From NCBI GenBank assembly GCA_951812955.1, contig OX638340.1, positions 2,784,001 to 2,848,000 of the forward strand: a stretch of 64,000 bases of DNA, given 5' to 3'. Position numbers and translations under genes: made by a program. Positions 36,839 through 49,329 of this stretch are shown here, piece after piece. Origin of the DNA: an uncultured Gemmatimonadota bacterium (GTDB lineage Bacteria; JAAXHH01). The notes below the pieces were generated by a model. The model saw only the letters and a list, made by a program, of their open reading frames with translations. It searched no databases and was not told where the DNA came from. The first letter of the stretch is position 1; every line of letters starts with the position of its first letter.

Positions 36839-38086
36839 ATGAAGAAGCGATCGACGCCGCGGGACCTCCGCTGCTCCTTCTGCAACAGAAACTCCGACGA
36901 GGTGGAACGCCTCATCACGGGTCCGAACGTGTACATCTGCAACGAGTGCATCCTGATGTGCAACGGGATCCTGGCCGAGGAAATGAGCCGCAGCACCCTG
37001 TCGACCGTCGAGGATCTTCCGCTGCCCACGGAAATCAACGAGGCGCTGGACGAATACGTCATCGGCCAGGAGCAGGCCAAGAAGGTCCTTTCCGTGGCCG
37101 TATATAACCACTACAAGCGCATTCAGCACAGCGCCTCCCAGGACGACGTGGAGCTCGAGAAGAGCAACATCCTGCTGGTCGGTCCCACGGGTACCGGGAA
37201 GACGCTCCTTGCCCAGACGCTGGCGAAGATGCTCCACGTGCCTTTCTGCATCGCGGACGCTACGGTGCTCACGGAAGCCGGTTACGTGGGCGAAGACGTG
37301 GAGAGCGTGCTGGTCCGGCTGCTCCAGGCCGCGGACTACGACGTGCCGAAAGCCGAAAGCGGCATCGTCTATATCGACGAGGTCGACAAGGTGGCGCGCA
37401 AGTCGGCCAACCCCTCCATCACCCGCGACGTGTCGGGAGAAGGCGTGCAGCAGTCCCTGCTCAAAATGCTGGAGGGCACCATCGCCAACGTACCCCCGAA
37501 GGGCGGACGGAAACACCCGGAACAGAACTTCGTCCAGATCAACACGCGGAACATCCTCTTCATCTGCGGCGGCGCCTTCGACGATCTCGACCAGATCATC
37601 GAGCGGCGGACCGCGGAAGGCACCATCGGATTCGGCGGCGTGTCGAGAAACCCCGCGGGACGCAACACGGGCGAACTCCTCGCCCGGGTCGAACCGGACG
37701 ACCTGCTGCAATACGGACTCATCCCCGAGATCATCGGCCGGCTGCCCGTGATCGCCACGCTGGGCGAACTGGACGCCGAGGCGCTGATGGAAATCCTGCT
37801 CAAGCCGAAGAACGCCCTCGTAAAGCAGTACCAGCGACTGCTGGAATTGGAAAACGTCAAGCTGACCTTCACGGACGAGTCGCTCACGGCAGTGGTAAAC
37901 GAGGCGATGGACAAGAAGACCGGCGCGCGGTCGCTGAGGTCCATCCTCGAGGATGTGATGCTCGACGTGATGTTCAACGCGCCGACGCAGGAAGACCTGA
38001 GGGAAGTGGTCATCACCGAAGAAACCGTCACGGAAAAATCTCCCCCCGTCTACGTACAGGACAAAGAAAGCAAGCAAAGCGCCTGA
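36839..38086 (+). CDS. clpX: ATP-dependent Clp protease ATP-binding subunit ClpX
   Basis: 415 aa. N-terminal zinc binding (CSFCNRN...CNECI), Walker [16 protein letters not shown], Walker [10 protein letters not shown]. Confidence 0.95.
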   Translation: MKKRSTPRDLRCSFCNRNSDEVERLITGPNVYICNECILMCNGILAEEMSRSTLSTVEDLPLPTEINEALDEYVIGQEQAKKVLSVAVYNHYKRIQHSASQDDVELEKSNILLVGPTGTGKTLLAQTLAKMLHVPFCIADATVLTEAGYVGEDVESVLVRLLQAADYDVPKAESGIVYIDEVDKVARKSANPSITRDVSGEGVQQSLLKMLEGTIANVPPKGGRKHPEQNFVQINTRNILFICGGAFDDLDQIIERRTAEGTIGFGGVSRNPAGRNTGELLARVEPDDLLQYGLIPEIIGRLPVIATLGELDAEALMEILLKPKNALVKQYQRLLELENVKLTFTDESLTAVVNEAMDKKTGARSLRSILEDVMLDVMFNAPTQEDLREVVITEETVTEKSPPVYVQDKESKQSA

Positions 38087-38131
38087 CCTGACCCCTACCC
38101 CGCGGACCTTCCACTCGAACCGGCGGCGAAA

Positions 38132-40558
38132 ATGTCTCCCATGATTACCCTGAAGCGCAACGATCCCATTACATTCGACGACAAGCTGCCGCTCATTCCC
38201 CTCCGCGAGGTGGTCGTTTTTCCTTACATGGAATACCCCCTCATTATCGCGCGGGACGCTTCCATCAAGGCCCTTGAACACGGCGTCAACAACGACCGGT
38301 TGCTCTTCCTGACCGCCCAGCGCAATCCCGACATCGAAACCCCCGAAAAGGGCGATGTGCATCGAACGGGGATCGTGGCCCGTATTCTGCAGGTGGTGAA
38401 ACTTCCGAACAACTTGATCCGGGTTCTCGTCGAGGGGATCGTCCGCGCAAAGGTCGTCCGGTTTCTGTCATCGGATCCCTATATGCGAGTGAAAATCGCG
38501 CTGGTCGAGGAAACCGACGACAACCAGGCCGAGGTGCAGGCGAGACTGCGGACGGTCGTGGATCAGTTCTCGGAGTACATAAAGCTGAACCAGCAGGCGC
38601 CCGACGAGATACTGCTGTCACTTCAGAACATGGACGACGCCCAGCGCCTGGCGGACACTATGTCGGCCTTCATCCAGCAAAGCCCCCAGGTGAAGCAGCG
38701 GCTCATCGAGGCGCCGTCGATTATCGAGCAACTCGACGAGTTGGCGGCCATCCTGGCGACGGAACTGGAGATCCTGGAGATCAAGAACCATCTCGACGGC
38801 GAGGTCCGGGACCGAATCACCAAGTCTCAGCGGGAGTTCTTCCTCCAGGAACAGATGCGTGTGATCAAGCAGGAACTGGGTGAACTGGAGGAGTTGCCGG
38901 AAAACCTGGGCGGGCTGGCGCAGCAGGTAGCGGATGCGAAGATGCCCAAAGAAGCCCACGAAAAGGCCATGACTGAACTGGAAAAACTCCAACAGATGCA
39001 TCCGACCTCCCCCGAAGCGACGGTGATCCGCAACTACCTCGAATGGCTCGTCGAAGTGCCGTGGAGAAAACGTACGCGGGACCGCCGGGATATCGGCCGT
39101 GTGGAGTCCGTGCTCGACGCCGATCACTACGGGCTGGAAAAACCGAAGGAACATATCCTCGAGTACTTGTCGGTCATCCAGCTGACACGGCACCTGAAGG
39201 GACCGATCCTGTGCCTGGTCGGTCCCCCGGGCGTGGGCAAGACGTCCCTCGGTCGTTCGATCGCGCACGCCATGGGCCGGAAATTCGTCCGCATGTCCCT
39301 CGGCGGCGTGCACGACGAGGCCGAGATAAGGGGCCATCGCCGGACCTATATCGGTTCCATGCCTGGACGGATCATCCAGGCGATGCGCCGCGCAGGGACC
39401 GTCAATCCGGTGATCCTGCTCGACGAGGTGGACAAGCTGGGGCGGGACGTGCGCGGCGACCCCGCGTCGGCCCTGCTGGAAGTGCTGGATCCCGAACAGA
39501 ACAACGCCTTCAACGACCACTACCTCGAAGTGGATTACGATCTGTCCCGCGTGCTGTTTCTGACGACGGCCAATACGACGGACACCATCCCCCCCGCGCT
39601 GAACGACCGCATGGAGATCCTCGAGCTGCCCGGTTATCTCGAAACCCAGAAACTGGCCATCGCACAGGGATTCCTGGTGCCGAAACAGATCGAAGCCCAC
39701 GGACTGAAAAAAGAACGCGTCACGTTCAGGAAGGACGCCCTGCTGGGCATCATCCGGGAATATACCCGCGAAGCCGGCGTCCGGGGCCTGGAACGGCACA
39801 TCGCCGCGATCTGCCGCAAGCTGGCCCGCAAGGTGGTGGAAGGCAGTGCACGGAAACGGATGCAGGTTACGCGCAAACAGCTTTCAAACTACCTCGGCGT
39901 TCCGCGCTACCTGGACTCCGAAGTCATGAAACAGGATTCGGTGGGCCTTGCCACCGGGCTTGCATGGACGCAGTCGGGCGGGGACATTCTCTCCATCGAG
40001 GTCAGCGTCCTGAACCGCCGCGGTTCGGGACGGCTGACGCTGACCGGCCAACTGGGGGAAGTGATGCAGGAATCGGCCCACGCGGCGCTTACCTATGCCC
40101 GGTCCAGGGCCGCGTCACTGGGACTCGAGCCGGACTTCTACAAGAACGTCGAGATCCACGTGCACATGCCCGAAGGCGCGATCCCAAAGGACGGTCCGTC
40201 CGCCGGGATCACCATCGCGACGGCGCTCTGCTCGGCGCTGACCGGCGTGCCGGTTCGTTGCGATATTGCCATGACGGGCGAAATCACGCTACGGGGCAAC
40301 GTGTTACCCATCGGCGGCCTGAACGAGAAACTGATTGCCGCGCTCCGGGCCGGGATCAGGGAAGTGTTGATACCGCTCCGAAACCGGAAGGACCTGGTGG
40401 ATGTCCCGCCGGAGGTGAAGGGCGAGATCGAAATCTGTCCCGTATCGACCATGGACGAAGTTCTGAAACGAACCATGGGCATTCAGGTCGTGGAATCCCC
40501 CGTACCCGGGCTGATCCCCAGTCCGTCCGTCGCGCAGCCGGCCATTAAGCCAGTCTAG
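38132..40558 (+). CDS. lon: ATP-dependent Lon protease
   Basis: 808 aa. LON N-domain, AAA+ ([15 protein letters not shown]), protease domain with catalytic [10 protein letters not shown]. Confidence 0.95.
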   Translation: MSPMITLKRNDPITFDDKLPLIPLREVVVFPYMEYPLIIARDASIKALEHGVNNDRLLFLTAQRNPDIETPEKGDVHRTGIVARILQVVKLPNNLIRVLVEGIVRAKVVRFLSSDPYMRVKIALVEETDDNQAEVQARLRTVVDQFSEYIKLNQQAPDEILLSLQNMDDAQRLADTMSAFIQQSPQVKQRLIEAPSIIEQLDELAAILATELEILEIKNHLDGEVRDRITKSQREFFLQEQMRVIKQELGELEELPENLGGLAQQVADAKMPKEAHEKAMTELEKLQQMHPTSPEATVIRNYLEWLVEVPWRKRTRDRRDIGRVESVLDADHYGLEKPKEHILEYLSVIQLTRHLKGPILCLVGPPGVGKTSLGRSIAHAMGRKFVRMSLGGVHDEAEIRGHRRTYIGSMPGRIIQAMRRAGTVNPVILLDEVDKLGRDVRGDPASALLEVLDPEQNNAFNDHYLEVDYDLSRVLFLTTANTTDTIPPALNDRMEILELPGYLETQKLAIAQGFLVPKQIEAHGLKKERVTFRKDALLGIIREYTREAGVRGLERHIAAICRKLARKVVEGSARKRMQVTRKQLSNYLGVPRYLDSEVMKQDSVGLATGLAWTQSGGDILSIEVSVLNRRGSGRLTLTGQLGEVMQESAHAALTYARSRAASLGLEPDFYKNVEIHVHMPEGAIPKDGPSAGITIATALCSALTGVPVRCDIAMTGEITLRGNVLPIGGLNEKLIAALRAGIREVLIPLRNRKDLVDVPPEVKGEIEICPVSTMDEVLKRTMGIQVVESPVPGLIPSPSVAQPAIKPV

Positions 40559-40640
40559 CCGTCCGGCCCTCGCAGGCCTAGCCGTCCGTCGCGCAGCCGG
40601 CCATTAAGCCAGTCTAGCCGTCCGGCTCTCGCAGGTCTCC
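40523..40640. repeat. 59-bp tandem duplication (x2, near identical) spanning the lon stop codon and the tsaE 3' end
   Basis: Copy 1 is 40523-40581 and copy 2 is 40582-40640, e.g. CCGTCCGTCGCGCAGCCGGCCATTAAGCCAGTCTAGCCGTCCGGC(C/T)CTCGCAGG. Confidence 0.85.
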
Positions 40641-41150
40641 TCCTGGGTACCTCAGAGCTCGGGAAACATCTGCTTCCAGATCGGAAACCAGGTTTCCGGC
40701 GCCGGTGATCTCCAGCATTCTCCCCGTGCCTTCTCCGATTTCGATATGGACCGTGATCGCGCTGGAGGGCATGATCTCCGGGAATTTGTCTCCCCATTCA
40801 ATGAGGCAGACACGAGTGTCCACGTACTCGTCGAAACCGAGATCCAGCACCGAATCCGCGCTGTCCAGGCGGTAAAGGTCGAAGTGGGCCACCGGAACCC
40901 GGCCGTCGTATTCGTTCACGAGGGTGAAGGTGGGACTCGTTACAGGTTCGCCGATGCCGAGCCCAACGCAGATCCCCTGTATGAAACAGGTCTTCCCCGC
41001 GCCGAGATCGCCGGACACCCGCACCGTGTCACCCGGTTCCAGCCAATTGGCCAGGCGCCCTCCGATCCGTGCAGTCTGTCCCGGACCGTCCGACCTGAAA
41101 CTGCGCTGTTCCCGATGGACCGGCGTGTCCGAATGAATAGGATCGCTCAC
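40614..41150 (-). CDS. tsaE: tRNA threonylcarbamoyladenosine biosynthesis protein TsaE (YjeE P-loop ATPase)
   Basis: 178 aa. P-loop SGDLGAGKTCFIQGI, ...SPTFTLVNEY..., HFDLYRL. Its 3' end lies within the duplicated 59-bp segment. Confidence 0.75.
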   Translation of the reverse strand: MSDPIHSDTPVHREQRSFRSDGPGQTARIGGRLANWLEPGDTVRVSGDLGAGKTCFIQGICVGLGIGEPVTSPTFTLVNEYDGRVPVAHFDLYRLDSADSVLDLGFDEYVDTRVCLIEWGDKFPEIMPSSAITVHIEIGEGTGRMLEITGAGNLVSDLEADVSRALRYPGGDLREPDG

Positions 41151-42415
41151 CCGATTTCCTTCAATCCGCCCATGTAGGGAACCAGTACCTCAGGAATACG
41201 GATGCTTCCCCGCACGGTCTGATAGTGCTCGATCACCGCGATCAGGGTCCGCGCCATGCCCATGCCCGATCCGTTCAGGGTATGTACGAACCGGCTCTTG
41301 CCGGCCTTGTCCCGGTAACGGATCCCGCTTCTCCGCGCCTGGAAATCCTCGAAGTTGCTGCAGGAGGAGACCTCTAGCCACCGGTTCACGCCGGGCGCCC
41401 AGGCTTCCAGGTCGTAGCATTTGGCCGCCGCGAAACTCAGCTCTCCCGTGCACAGCGCCACCACGCGGTAGGGGATGTTCAGCAATTGCAGCACTTCTTC
41501 CGCGTCGTTGACCAGCGTTTCCAATTCGTCGTACGAAGTCTCGGGCCGCACGAACTTGACCATCTCCACCTTGTCAAACTGATGAACCCGGATCAGCCCC
41601 CTGGTCTCCCGCCCGTAGGATCCGGCTTCGCGGCGAAAACAGGGGCTGTAGGCCGTGTAGCGGATCGGCAGGTCGTCCTCCGGGAGTATTTCGTCGCGGT
41701 GCATGTTGGTAACCGGCACCTCCGCCGTGGGGATGAGGAACAGGTCGTCCATGTCGGTGCGGTACATGTCCTCTTCCATCTTCGGCAACTGACCGGTGCC
41801 GAACATGCTCTGGCGGTTTACGATGTAGGGCGGTATGATTTCCGTGTACCCGTGCTTCCGGATGTGGAGGTCGAGCATGAACTGGATCAACGCCCGCTGC
41901 AGCCGGGCGCCCTCACCCTTGAAGAGGACGAAGTGACTGCCCGATATCTTGCCCGCCCGTTGAAAGTCGATGATGTCGAGCGCTTCCCCGATGTCCCAGT
42001 GGGCCTTGCGTTCGAATTCCACTTCGGGCGTGTCGCCCCAGTGACGCACCTCCACGTTGGCGCTTTCGTCGGCGCCGACCGGCACCGTGGGATGGGGTAT
42101 GTTGGGCAGGCGCTCAAGTATGGCCTGCAGGCTGTCCTGGAGACCCGCCAGATCCGCGTCTATACCCTTGATCCGCGTGGACACCTCACGCATTTCCGCG
42201 ATCCGTTCGGAAGCGTCTTCGCCGTCCCGTTTCATGCGCGCGATTTCGTCGGACACGGTGTTCCGCCGCTGCTTGAGCGACTCGACCGTCTGCAGCAGTT
42301 CCCTCCGCCGCTCGTCCAGGTCGAGGAACCGGTCGACGTCGACCCGCTCGTTCTTGTTCGCGGCCGCCTGTCTTACCGCTTCTGGGTTTTGCCTGACGAA
42401 CCGCTGGTCTAACAT
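41147..42415 (-). CDS. serS: Seryl-tRNA synthetase
   Basis: ORF 41147..42469. The likely start is MLDQRFVRQNPE. Coiled-coil N-arm, then class II motifs (...FRREAGSYGRETRGLIRVHQFDKVEMV...). Confidence 0.9.
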   Translation of the reverse strand: MLDQRFVRQNPEAVRQAAANKNERVDVDRFLDLDERRRELLQTVESLKQRRNTVSDEIARMKRDGEDASERIAEMREVSTRIKGIDADLAGLQDSLQAILERLPNIPHPTVPVGADESANVEVRHWGDTPEVEFERKAHWDIGEALDIIDFQRAGKISGSHFVLFKGEGARLQRALIQFMLDLHIRKHGYTEIIPPYIVNRQSMFGTGQLPKMEEDMYRTDMDDLFLIPTAEVPVTNMHRDEILPEDDLPIRYTAYSPCFRREAGSYGRETRGLIRVHQFDKVEMVKFVRPETSYDELETLVNDAEEVLQLLNIPYRVVALCTGELSFAAAKCYDLEAWAPGVNRWLEVSSCSNFEDFQARRSGIRYRDKAGKSRFVHTLNGSGMGMARTLIAVIEHYQTVRGSIRIPEVLVPYMGGLKEIG

Positions 42416-42547
42416 ATTCCCTCCGTGACCGGTCGCGCCGGTCGAACGGGCCGCTTTCCTTGTAACCATGGGTTGTTTTAACGCTACAAATCACGGTAAA
42501 ATAGGAGGATGTCACCGTTCCCGGCAAGCAGAAACGTCGTAAGCCTG

Positions 42548-42641
42548 CCGAAGGGCACGGCATGCGCGGAAGGACCGTCCCGGTTCGCCGCCTACCGAAG
42601 GGCGCGGCATGCGCTGGAAGGACCGTCCCGGTTCGCCGCCG
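42548..42641. repeat. 47-bp intergenic tandem duplication (x2, a few mismatches)
   Basis: CCGAAGGGC(A/G)CGGCATGCGC(G/T)GGAAGGACCGTCCCGGTTCGCCGCC at 42548-42594 and 42595-42641, between serS and the downstream hypothetical gene. Confidence 0.85.
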
Positions 42642-42703
42642 AACGTCGGACTTGGCAGGAGATCTCTCGTCGGCACGTGCGGAACGCCGGCCCAGCCGGA
42701 AGG

Positions 42704-43513
42704 TCAGCGGTCTCTGAACTCCAGCATGCCCCAGTGGCACATGGCGAAGTCGTACTTCACCGGGTCTTCCGGGTCGAACCTTCTCAACGCCCGCGTGACT
42801 TCCTCGGCCATTTTCCAATCCGCCTGCCGCCTGGACGTGAGGCCCAGCCGCCTGGAAATCCGAGCAACGTGGGTGTCGATCGGCATCACCAGGCGGGCGG
42901 GCGAAATACTCCGCCAGAGGCCCAGGTCCGGGGCTTCCCGCCGAACCATCCAGCGGACGTAGAGGTTCATCCGCTTGCAGGCGCTTCCCGATCTCGGGGA
43001 GGGTAACAGGTAGCGGATCCCCGTTTTCGTCCGGTGCCGATCCGTTAGAAGGTCCTCCTGGGCGAAGCCGAGGAGCGTGTCGGTGAAATGGCTCAACGCG
43101 GGACCCGTATGGGGGTCCGATGCGCGATGTCCCGCGGCGAACAGCGCGCCAAGGGAGCCATGGCGCAGCAGGGCCTTCTGCATAAGCTCGGCCAACAGCG
43201 ACAGGTCGCTTCCCCGCGTCCACCGGTATACGAACCCGTCGAATCGACCTCCGTCCCGCCTCGGGTCGAAACCCATGACGAAATCCCGGGGCGCGTCTCC
43301 CATCCTCCTCAATGCTTCGACGGCCGCATCCGTGATGGTTTCCGCCCGGCCGTAAGCCAGCGAGGCCGAGACCAGGCCGGCGATCTCCTGGTCTTCAGGA
43401 CGGTCGAAGCGTCTTACCACTTCGACCGGGTCGGTCGAAATCATCGAAAGATCGAATAAACGGTACAGTTCTTCCAACCGGTTTCCGATCTTGGTCCTGT
43501 CGATACGCGGCAT
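42704..43513 (-). CDS. Conserved hypothetical protein (resembles the TIGR02757/DUF2400 family)
   Basis: 269 aa with no catalytic motif recognised by eye. The family assignment is from memory of the MPRIDRTKIG...YGRAE... pattern and should be treated as tentative. Confidence 0.45.
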   Translation of the reverse strand: MPRIDRTKIGNRLEELYRLFDLSMISTDPVEVVRRFDRPEDQEIAGLVSASLAYGRAETITDAAVEALRRMGDAPRDFVMGFDPRRDGGRFDGFVYRWTRGSDLSLLAELMQKALLRHGSLGALFAAGHRASDPHTGPALSHFTDTLLGFAQEDLLTDRHRTKTGIRYLLPSPRSGSACKRMNLYVRWMVRREAPDLGLWRSISPARLVMPIDTHVARISRRLGLTSRRQADWKMAEEVTRALRRFDPEDPVKYDFAMCHWGMLEFRDR

Positions 43514-43686
43514 TGCGGAGCGTCCGTGTCTACTGGCCAGGTTACGATGCCTTGAGTCCGGTTAAGGGATGGCATAAGCGGCTTGACTTTAATATATTGT
43601 ATGTCGCGATTCCCGTAACCCGATTCGTGCCGTTGATGAGCCGTGCCGGACGAGTACGGCCGTGGACAGGCTGAGAGGCGTCCTAC

Positions 43687-44697
43687 ATGAACCCCGAGCA
43701 GCTGCTTCGGCAGATTGAGCAAGGCCGGATCGATGCGGTGTACTTCTTCACCGGCGACGAAGCGTACCGCAAGGAAGAAGCCGTGGACGCGCTGGTCGCC
43801 CGTGTCGTCGAACCGGGCACGGAAGCATTCTGCCTGGACGTGCTTCGCGGCGACGAGTGCGATGCCGCGGCCATATTGACCGCCGCGTCCCTCGTGCCCA
43901 TGATGGCCGAGCGCCGGGTCGTCGTCGTAAGGGACTTCCACAAGTTGCCTCAGAAGGATCGGGAAGCCGTCGCGGATTACGCGGAGCGGCCCGTGCCCAC
44001 CGCGGTCCTGGTGCTCGAGACGCCTCGGGTGAATCTGAAGACCAAACTTAACGCACGGCTGGCGTCGTCGTCGGTTTCTGTAGTGTTCTACCCCCTGTTC
44101 CCCGAAAAGGTTCCCCCCTGGCTTCAGCAGCACGCGAGACGCTACGGTAAGCGGATGACGCCCGAAGCAGCGCACCAGTTGCAGGCCATCGTGGGATCGG
44201 ACCTGGGGGAACTGGCCGGAGAGGTGGAGAAACTGGCCGTGTTCGTCGGCGGCCGGGATTCGATTGCGGCCGGAGACGTGGAAAGTTCGCTCGGACCCGT
44301 TCGCGCGGGTTCGGTTTTCGACATCGCCGAGGCCGTCGGCGAGAAGGACCTCGCCCGGGCGCTGGATGCCTACGAGCGCGCGATGGACGCAGGAGACGCG
44401 CCCCAGGCCATCGTGGCGCTCTTCGTCCGCCACCTGGTGATACTCTGGAAGATCCGGTTCCTGAAACGGGATCGCCGGACAGACGACGAAATCAAGAAGC
44501 AACTGCAGCTGGGATGGGGGTTCAACCGGTTTTACAACCGCTACTCCGCACAATCCAGGCTCCTCTCGGGACGGGATCTGCTGAGCGGGTTCGAGGCACT
44601 CTACGAAGCCGATACATCCCTTAAATCCAGCGCGTTGCCCCCCGAACTCGTCATGCGTCGGCTCTTGTATACTTTATGTACCGGCCAGGCGGCTTAG
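43687..44697 (+). CDS. holA: DNA polymerase III delta subunit
   Basis: 336 aa. ...VYFFTGDEAYRKEEAVDAL... and ...AAILTAASLVPMMAERRVVVVRDFHKL... are typical of HolA. Confidence 0.75.
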   Translation: MNPEQLLRQIEQGRIDAVYFFTGDEAYRKEEAVDALVARVVEPGTEAFCLDVLRGDECDAAAILTAASLVPMMAERRVVVVRDFHKLPQKDREAVADYAERPVPTAVLVLETPRVNLKTKLNARLASSSVSVVFYPLFPEKVPPWLQQHARRYGKRMTPEAAHQLQAIVGSDLGELAGEVEKLAVFVGGRDSIAAGDVESSLGPVRAGSVFDIAEAVGEKDLARALDAYERAMDAGDAPQAIVALFVRHLVILWKIRFLKRDRRTDDEIKKQLQLGWGFNRFYNRYSAQSRLLSGRDLLSGFEALYEADTSLKSSALPPELVMRRLLYTLCTGQAA

Positions 44698-44856
44698 TTC
44701 CGGTCGGGCAAGCAGACAAACCAGGCATCGACGACCGGCCGGGCAGGCAAGCAAACAGGCAGGCGGACAAATCACACAGGCCAGCCCTGTAGGGTTCACC
44801 GGGCAAATCAGGCATCGACGGCCGGAGGGACGGATAGGCGCAAGCGCGCCGCGTAA

Positions 44857-45846
44857 ATGAACACGACCGAAGGTATCGTAATCAGGGAACACCGGGGCGT
44901 ATTCGACGTGGAAACCCCACACGGGATCTACGCCTGCGCGTTGCGCAGCAGGATGAAGAAAGCGCTGATCTATCCGGAGCGGGACAACCAGCATCACTCC
45001 GTGGAGCAGGTCGGCCGTATCGGTACCGTGAATCCTGTCGCCATAGGGGATCGCGTGCGCTTCGTGGAGGACCAGGGGGAGACCGGCGCCATAGAGGAAG
45101 TGCTTCCGCGCCGCACCAAACTCTCCCGACTCGCCCCCGGCAAGCGGCGCATGGAACAGATCATGATCGCCAACGCCGACTATCTCGTCGTCGTCTTCTC
45201 GGTGAGGGACCCGAACCCGAATCTGCAGTTGCTGGACCGTCTGCTCGTGGCCGCGGAAGCCGGCAACCTGGCCCCGGTCGTCTGCCTGAACAAGATCGAT
45301 CTGGCGGAAGACGGGGATCCGGATCTCGCTGGTATCTACGAACGGTGCGGTTACCGCGTCATCCGGGCCAGCGCGGTGACGGGGAAAGGGGTCGACCTGC
45401 TGAAGGCAACGCTGCGGAACAGGATTTCCGCGATCGCGGGTCCGTCCGGTGCGGGGAAGACATCCCTGCTGAACGCCATGCAATCCGGCCTGGGACTTCG
45501 GGTTCGCGAGGTGAACCGGACGACGGGCCGGGGCCGGCACACCACCACTTACCTCGCCGCGCACAAGCTCGATGCAGGAGGCCTGGTGATTGACTCACCG
45601 GGGATCCGGGAATTCAGCCTGTGGGACGTCTCGCCACGCGAGCTTCCGGAGTTGTTCCCGGAAATGCGTGGCCATCTGTCGGGCTGCAGGTTCCACGACT
45701 GCACGCACGTCCACGAACCGGACTGTACCCTTCGGGACGCCCTCTCGGCGGGCGCCGTATCCCGGGAGCGGTACGAAAGCTACGTCGCATTGCGAAACGA
45801 ACTGGCTGGCGGGCGGAAGGCGGGCAGGGACGGCCTGCCGGGTTGA
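44857..45846 (+). CDS. rsgA: Ribosome small-subunit-dependent GTPase A
   Basis: 329 aa. Circularly permuted GTPase (VVCLNKIDL ... GPSGAGKTSLLNA ... DSPGIREF) and C-terminal zinc knuckle CRFHDCTHVHEPDC. Confidence 0.85.
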   Translation: MNTTEGIVIREHRGVFDVETPHGIYACALRSRMKKALIYPERDNQHHSVEQVGRIGTVNPVAIGDRVRFVEDQGETGAIEEVLPRRTKLSRLAPGKRRMEQIMIANADYLVVVFSVRDPNPNLQLLDRLLVAAEAGNLAPVVCLNKIDLAEDGDPDLAGIYERCGYRVIRASAVTGKGVDLLKATLRNRISAIAGPSGAGKTSLLNAMQSGLGLRVREVNRTTGRGRHTTTYLAAHKLDAGGLVIDSPGIREFSLWDVSPRELPELFPEMRGHLSGCRFHDCTHVHEPDCTLRDALSAGAVSRERYESYVALRNELAGGRKAGRDGLPG

Positions 45847-45882
45847 CCAGGTGGCAGGGACGGCCTGCCGGGTTGACCGGGC
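45823..45882. repeat. 30-bp tandem duplication (x2) including the rsgA stop codon
   Basis: GGCAGGGACGGCCTGCCGGGTTGACC(AG/GG)GT at 45823-45852 and 45853-45882. Confidence 0.85.
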
Positions 45883-45921
45883 CTATCGGACCTGTCCAGT
45901 TTGACCAGGCCTGCAGGAAAA

Positions 45922-46392
45922 TCAGAAGCCGATACCACGGTCCGCGTCCGCGCGGATCCCGGCAAAAGTGATCGGCGCGTCCAGCGACAGATCCATTTCC
46001 CGGCCCGTGATGAGCCGCTTCGACCGTATCAAGACGTTCAGGTGGTTGGGCAGGTGCGTCTCGTCGAATCCCGAGACTTTTCCGATTTCTTCCTGCTGGA
46101 CGGTGACTGCGTCCCCGCACAGAAGCAGGCCCGCCTCCGAGACCTCCACGAAGCCGATGTAGGCGGTCCGGTTCACTTCCGATCCCGGTTCGGCCCCTTC
46201 TTCGTCGGTGCAGACGAGTTCCAGGACATCTCCCCGTCTTACCGCCCGGGAAAGCTGGGGGATCAGTTTCAGTCCCCGGTCCTCCGAGGTCAGGTCCAGG
46301 ACGGCGAAGAGACGAGCCGACAGCTCCGTCTTGCTCGAATAGTGCGTCCGCTTGACCTTGCCTTCTACGTGAGGATCCCTGGACCCCGCCAT
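45922..46392 (-). CDS. Hypothetical protein
   Basis: ORF 45922..46467; the likely start is MAGSRDPHVEG. No motif recognised. Sits between rsgA and dacB. Confidence 0.4.
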   Translation of the reverse strand: MAGSRDPHVEGKVKRTHYSSKTELSARLFAVLDLTSEDRGLKLIPQLSRAVRRGDVLELVCTDEEGAEPGSEVNRTAYIGFVEVSEAGLLLCGDAVTVQQEEIGKVSGFDETHLPNHLNVLIRSKRLITGREMDLSLDAPITFAGIRADADRGIGF

Positions 46393-46426
46393 GTTCGGCT
46401 CCTTCCGGTAAGTTGTTTCTCGCAGG

Positions 46427-47916
46427 TCATTTCCGACTGAACTCCGCCAGCAGGGCCCCGATCTCATCCTGCGTTCGCCGGGCCGTCGACGCCGAGCCTA
46501 CGAAGTTGTTCATCATGATCGAGAAGACCAGGGGTTCGCCGTCCCGGGTGTGGACGTAGCCGCTCAGGCAACTCACGCCGGTCAGAGTCCCTGTCTTTGC
46601 CCTGAGATTTCCCATGGCCGCCGTGTCCTTCATCCGGTTTCTCAGGGACCCGTCCACTCCGGCGACGGGTAACGCCTCCAGGTAGCTGCGGCCGATCTCG
46701 GGATCGTGGTACGCCGCCGTCAGCAGTTCCACGATCTGGTCGGGAGACACGTAGTTGTACCACGAAAGGCCGGAACCGTCCGCGAACCGGTAATCGGCGG
46801 GATCCAGGCCGATGTAGTCCGTCAGGACCCGCCGCAACACCGCCAGGCCGTCGGCGGACGAGCCCGGATCGCCCGTCGCGTGACGTCCCATGGTCTTCAC
46901 GAGCAGCTCCGCCGTCAGGTTGCTGCTGTGCTTGAGCAAGCGGGCCAGGGCCCCGGTAACCGGCGGTGACCGGTAGGACGCCACCGTCCGGGCGCGCGTC
47001 GGCGTGATTCCCCTGCGTACCGGTCCCGCGACGCGGATGCCGCGGGCCTGCAGCATGTCCCGGAACAGTTTCCCCGCGTAAATTCCGGGTTCTTCGACGG
47101 ACCGGTAGTATGCCCGTTCACCCTCATCCATGCCGATCCGGCCGGATATCCTGATCCTGTTGGACAGCGACGGCCAGTCCCGCTCGACCATGAGCGGCTC
47201 GGCGGACGAAGTATCCCCCGCGGCGACCGTCAGGGCCCGGATTTCGAAAGTAACGGCCGTCGTCGGCGGTTCGACCCGGACCGTTGCGGGCGCGCCGACG
47301 GCGGTGCCGGGCGATATGCCGATCTTCACGCTGTTGCCGTTCACCGAGAGCGCGTTCAGGGAGGCGGAGTAACTGTGCTGCACGTCGTCCCACATCCATC
47401 CTTCTCCGTAGGGTATGCCGTCCAGGTACGCATCGTCGACGACGATGTCGCCCGCGATGACCCGTGCCCCGCTCGATCCGGCGACGCGGCCGGCGAGGCT
47501 GTCCAGGTGCGCCGATTCCAGCATGGGATCTCCGCGCCCGAGCAGGTACAGCGAAGCGTGTAGCGTGTCGCCGCTGACATAAGCGTCACCGTCTGCGAAT
47601 ACGCTCGTCAGGTAGCGATAGCCGGGGCCCATGGTCTGCAGAACGCCCAGGGCGGTGAACAGCTTCGTATTGGACGCGGGATGGAACAGTCCGTCGGAAT
47701 GCCGGGAGAAGAGTATCCGGCCGGTGACCGGCGACGCGACCTTCACGCCTATAGTCATGGGGGCCAGGCCGGGACGGTCCAGGATCTCACGCAAGTCGTC
47801 CGCCAGGCGCCGCTCAGGTCCGGAGGGCGCCCCGCGGAACTGCAGCGGGCCGCCGCATGCGGTTACGAGCAGGGCCAGGATCAGCGACAGAATTCCGGTG
47901 GAGGCGGGTAACGTTT

Positions 47917-47920
<4 letters not shown>
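46427..47920 (-). CDS. dacB: D-alanyl-D-alanine carboxypeptidase/endopeptidase (PBP4, S13 family), lipoprotein signal
   Basis: 497 aa. Signal peptide with LVTACGG lipobox. SxxK context ([11 protein letters not shown]), plus SDN and KTG (AKTGTLTG) motifs. Confidence 0.8.
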
Positions 47921-49242
<1,322 letters not shown>

Positions 49243-49300
49243 GTGACCCCGTTTTTACTTTCTGCAACCGCTACTTTTTTGAAAAAAATGAAATAAAATG

Positions 49301-49329
49301 TTGACTAAGAATCGGGCCGAATATATACT
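49301..49329 (+). promoter_or_regulatory. Near-consensus sigma70-type promoter (TTGACT-17 bp-TATACT) about 590 nt upstream of the TonB-dependent receptor gene
   Basis: TTGACT at 49301-49306, a 17-nt spacer, TATACT at 49324-49329, within a 678-bp low-GC intergenic region. The organism's sigma-factor preferences are unknown, so this is tentative. Confidence 0.35.

Noticed and set aside
34820-40548. Several 390-520 aa ORFs antisense or overlapping tig, clpX and lon (34820..36184, 36788..38362, 38618..39799, 39043..40548)
   Set aside because: They overlap unambiguous housekeeping genes, and their translations are R/G/P/H-rich with no motifs.
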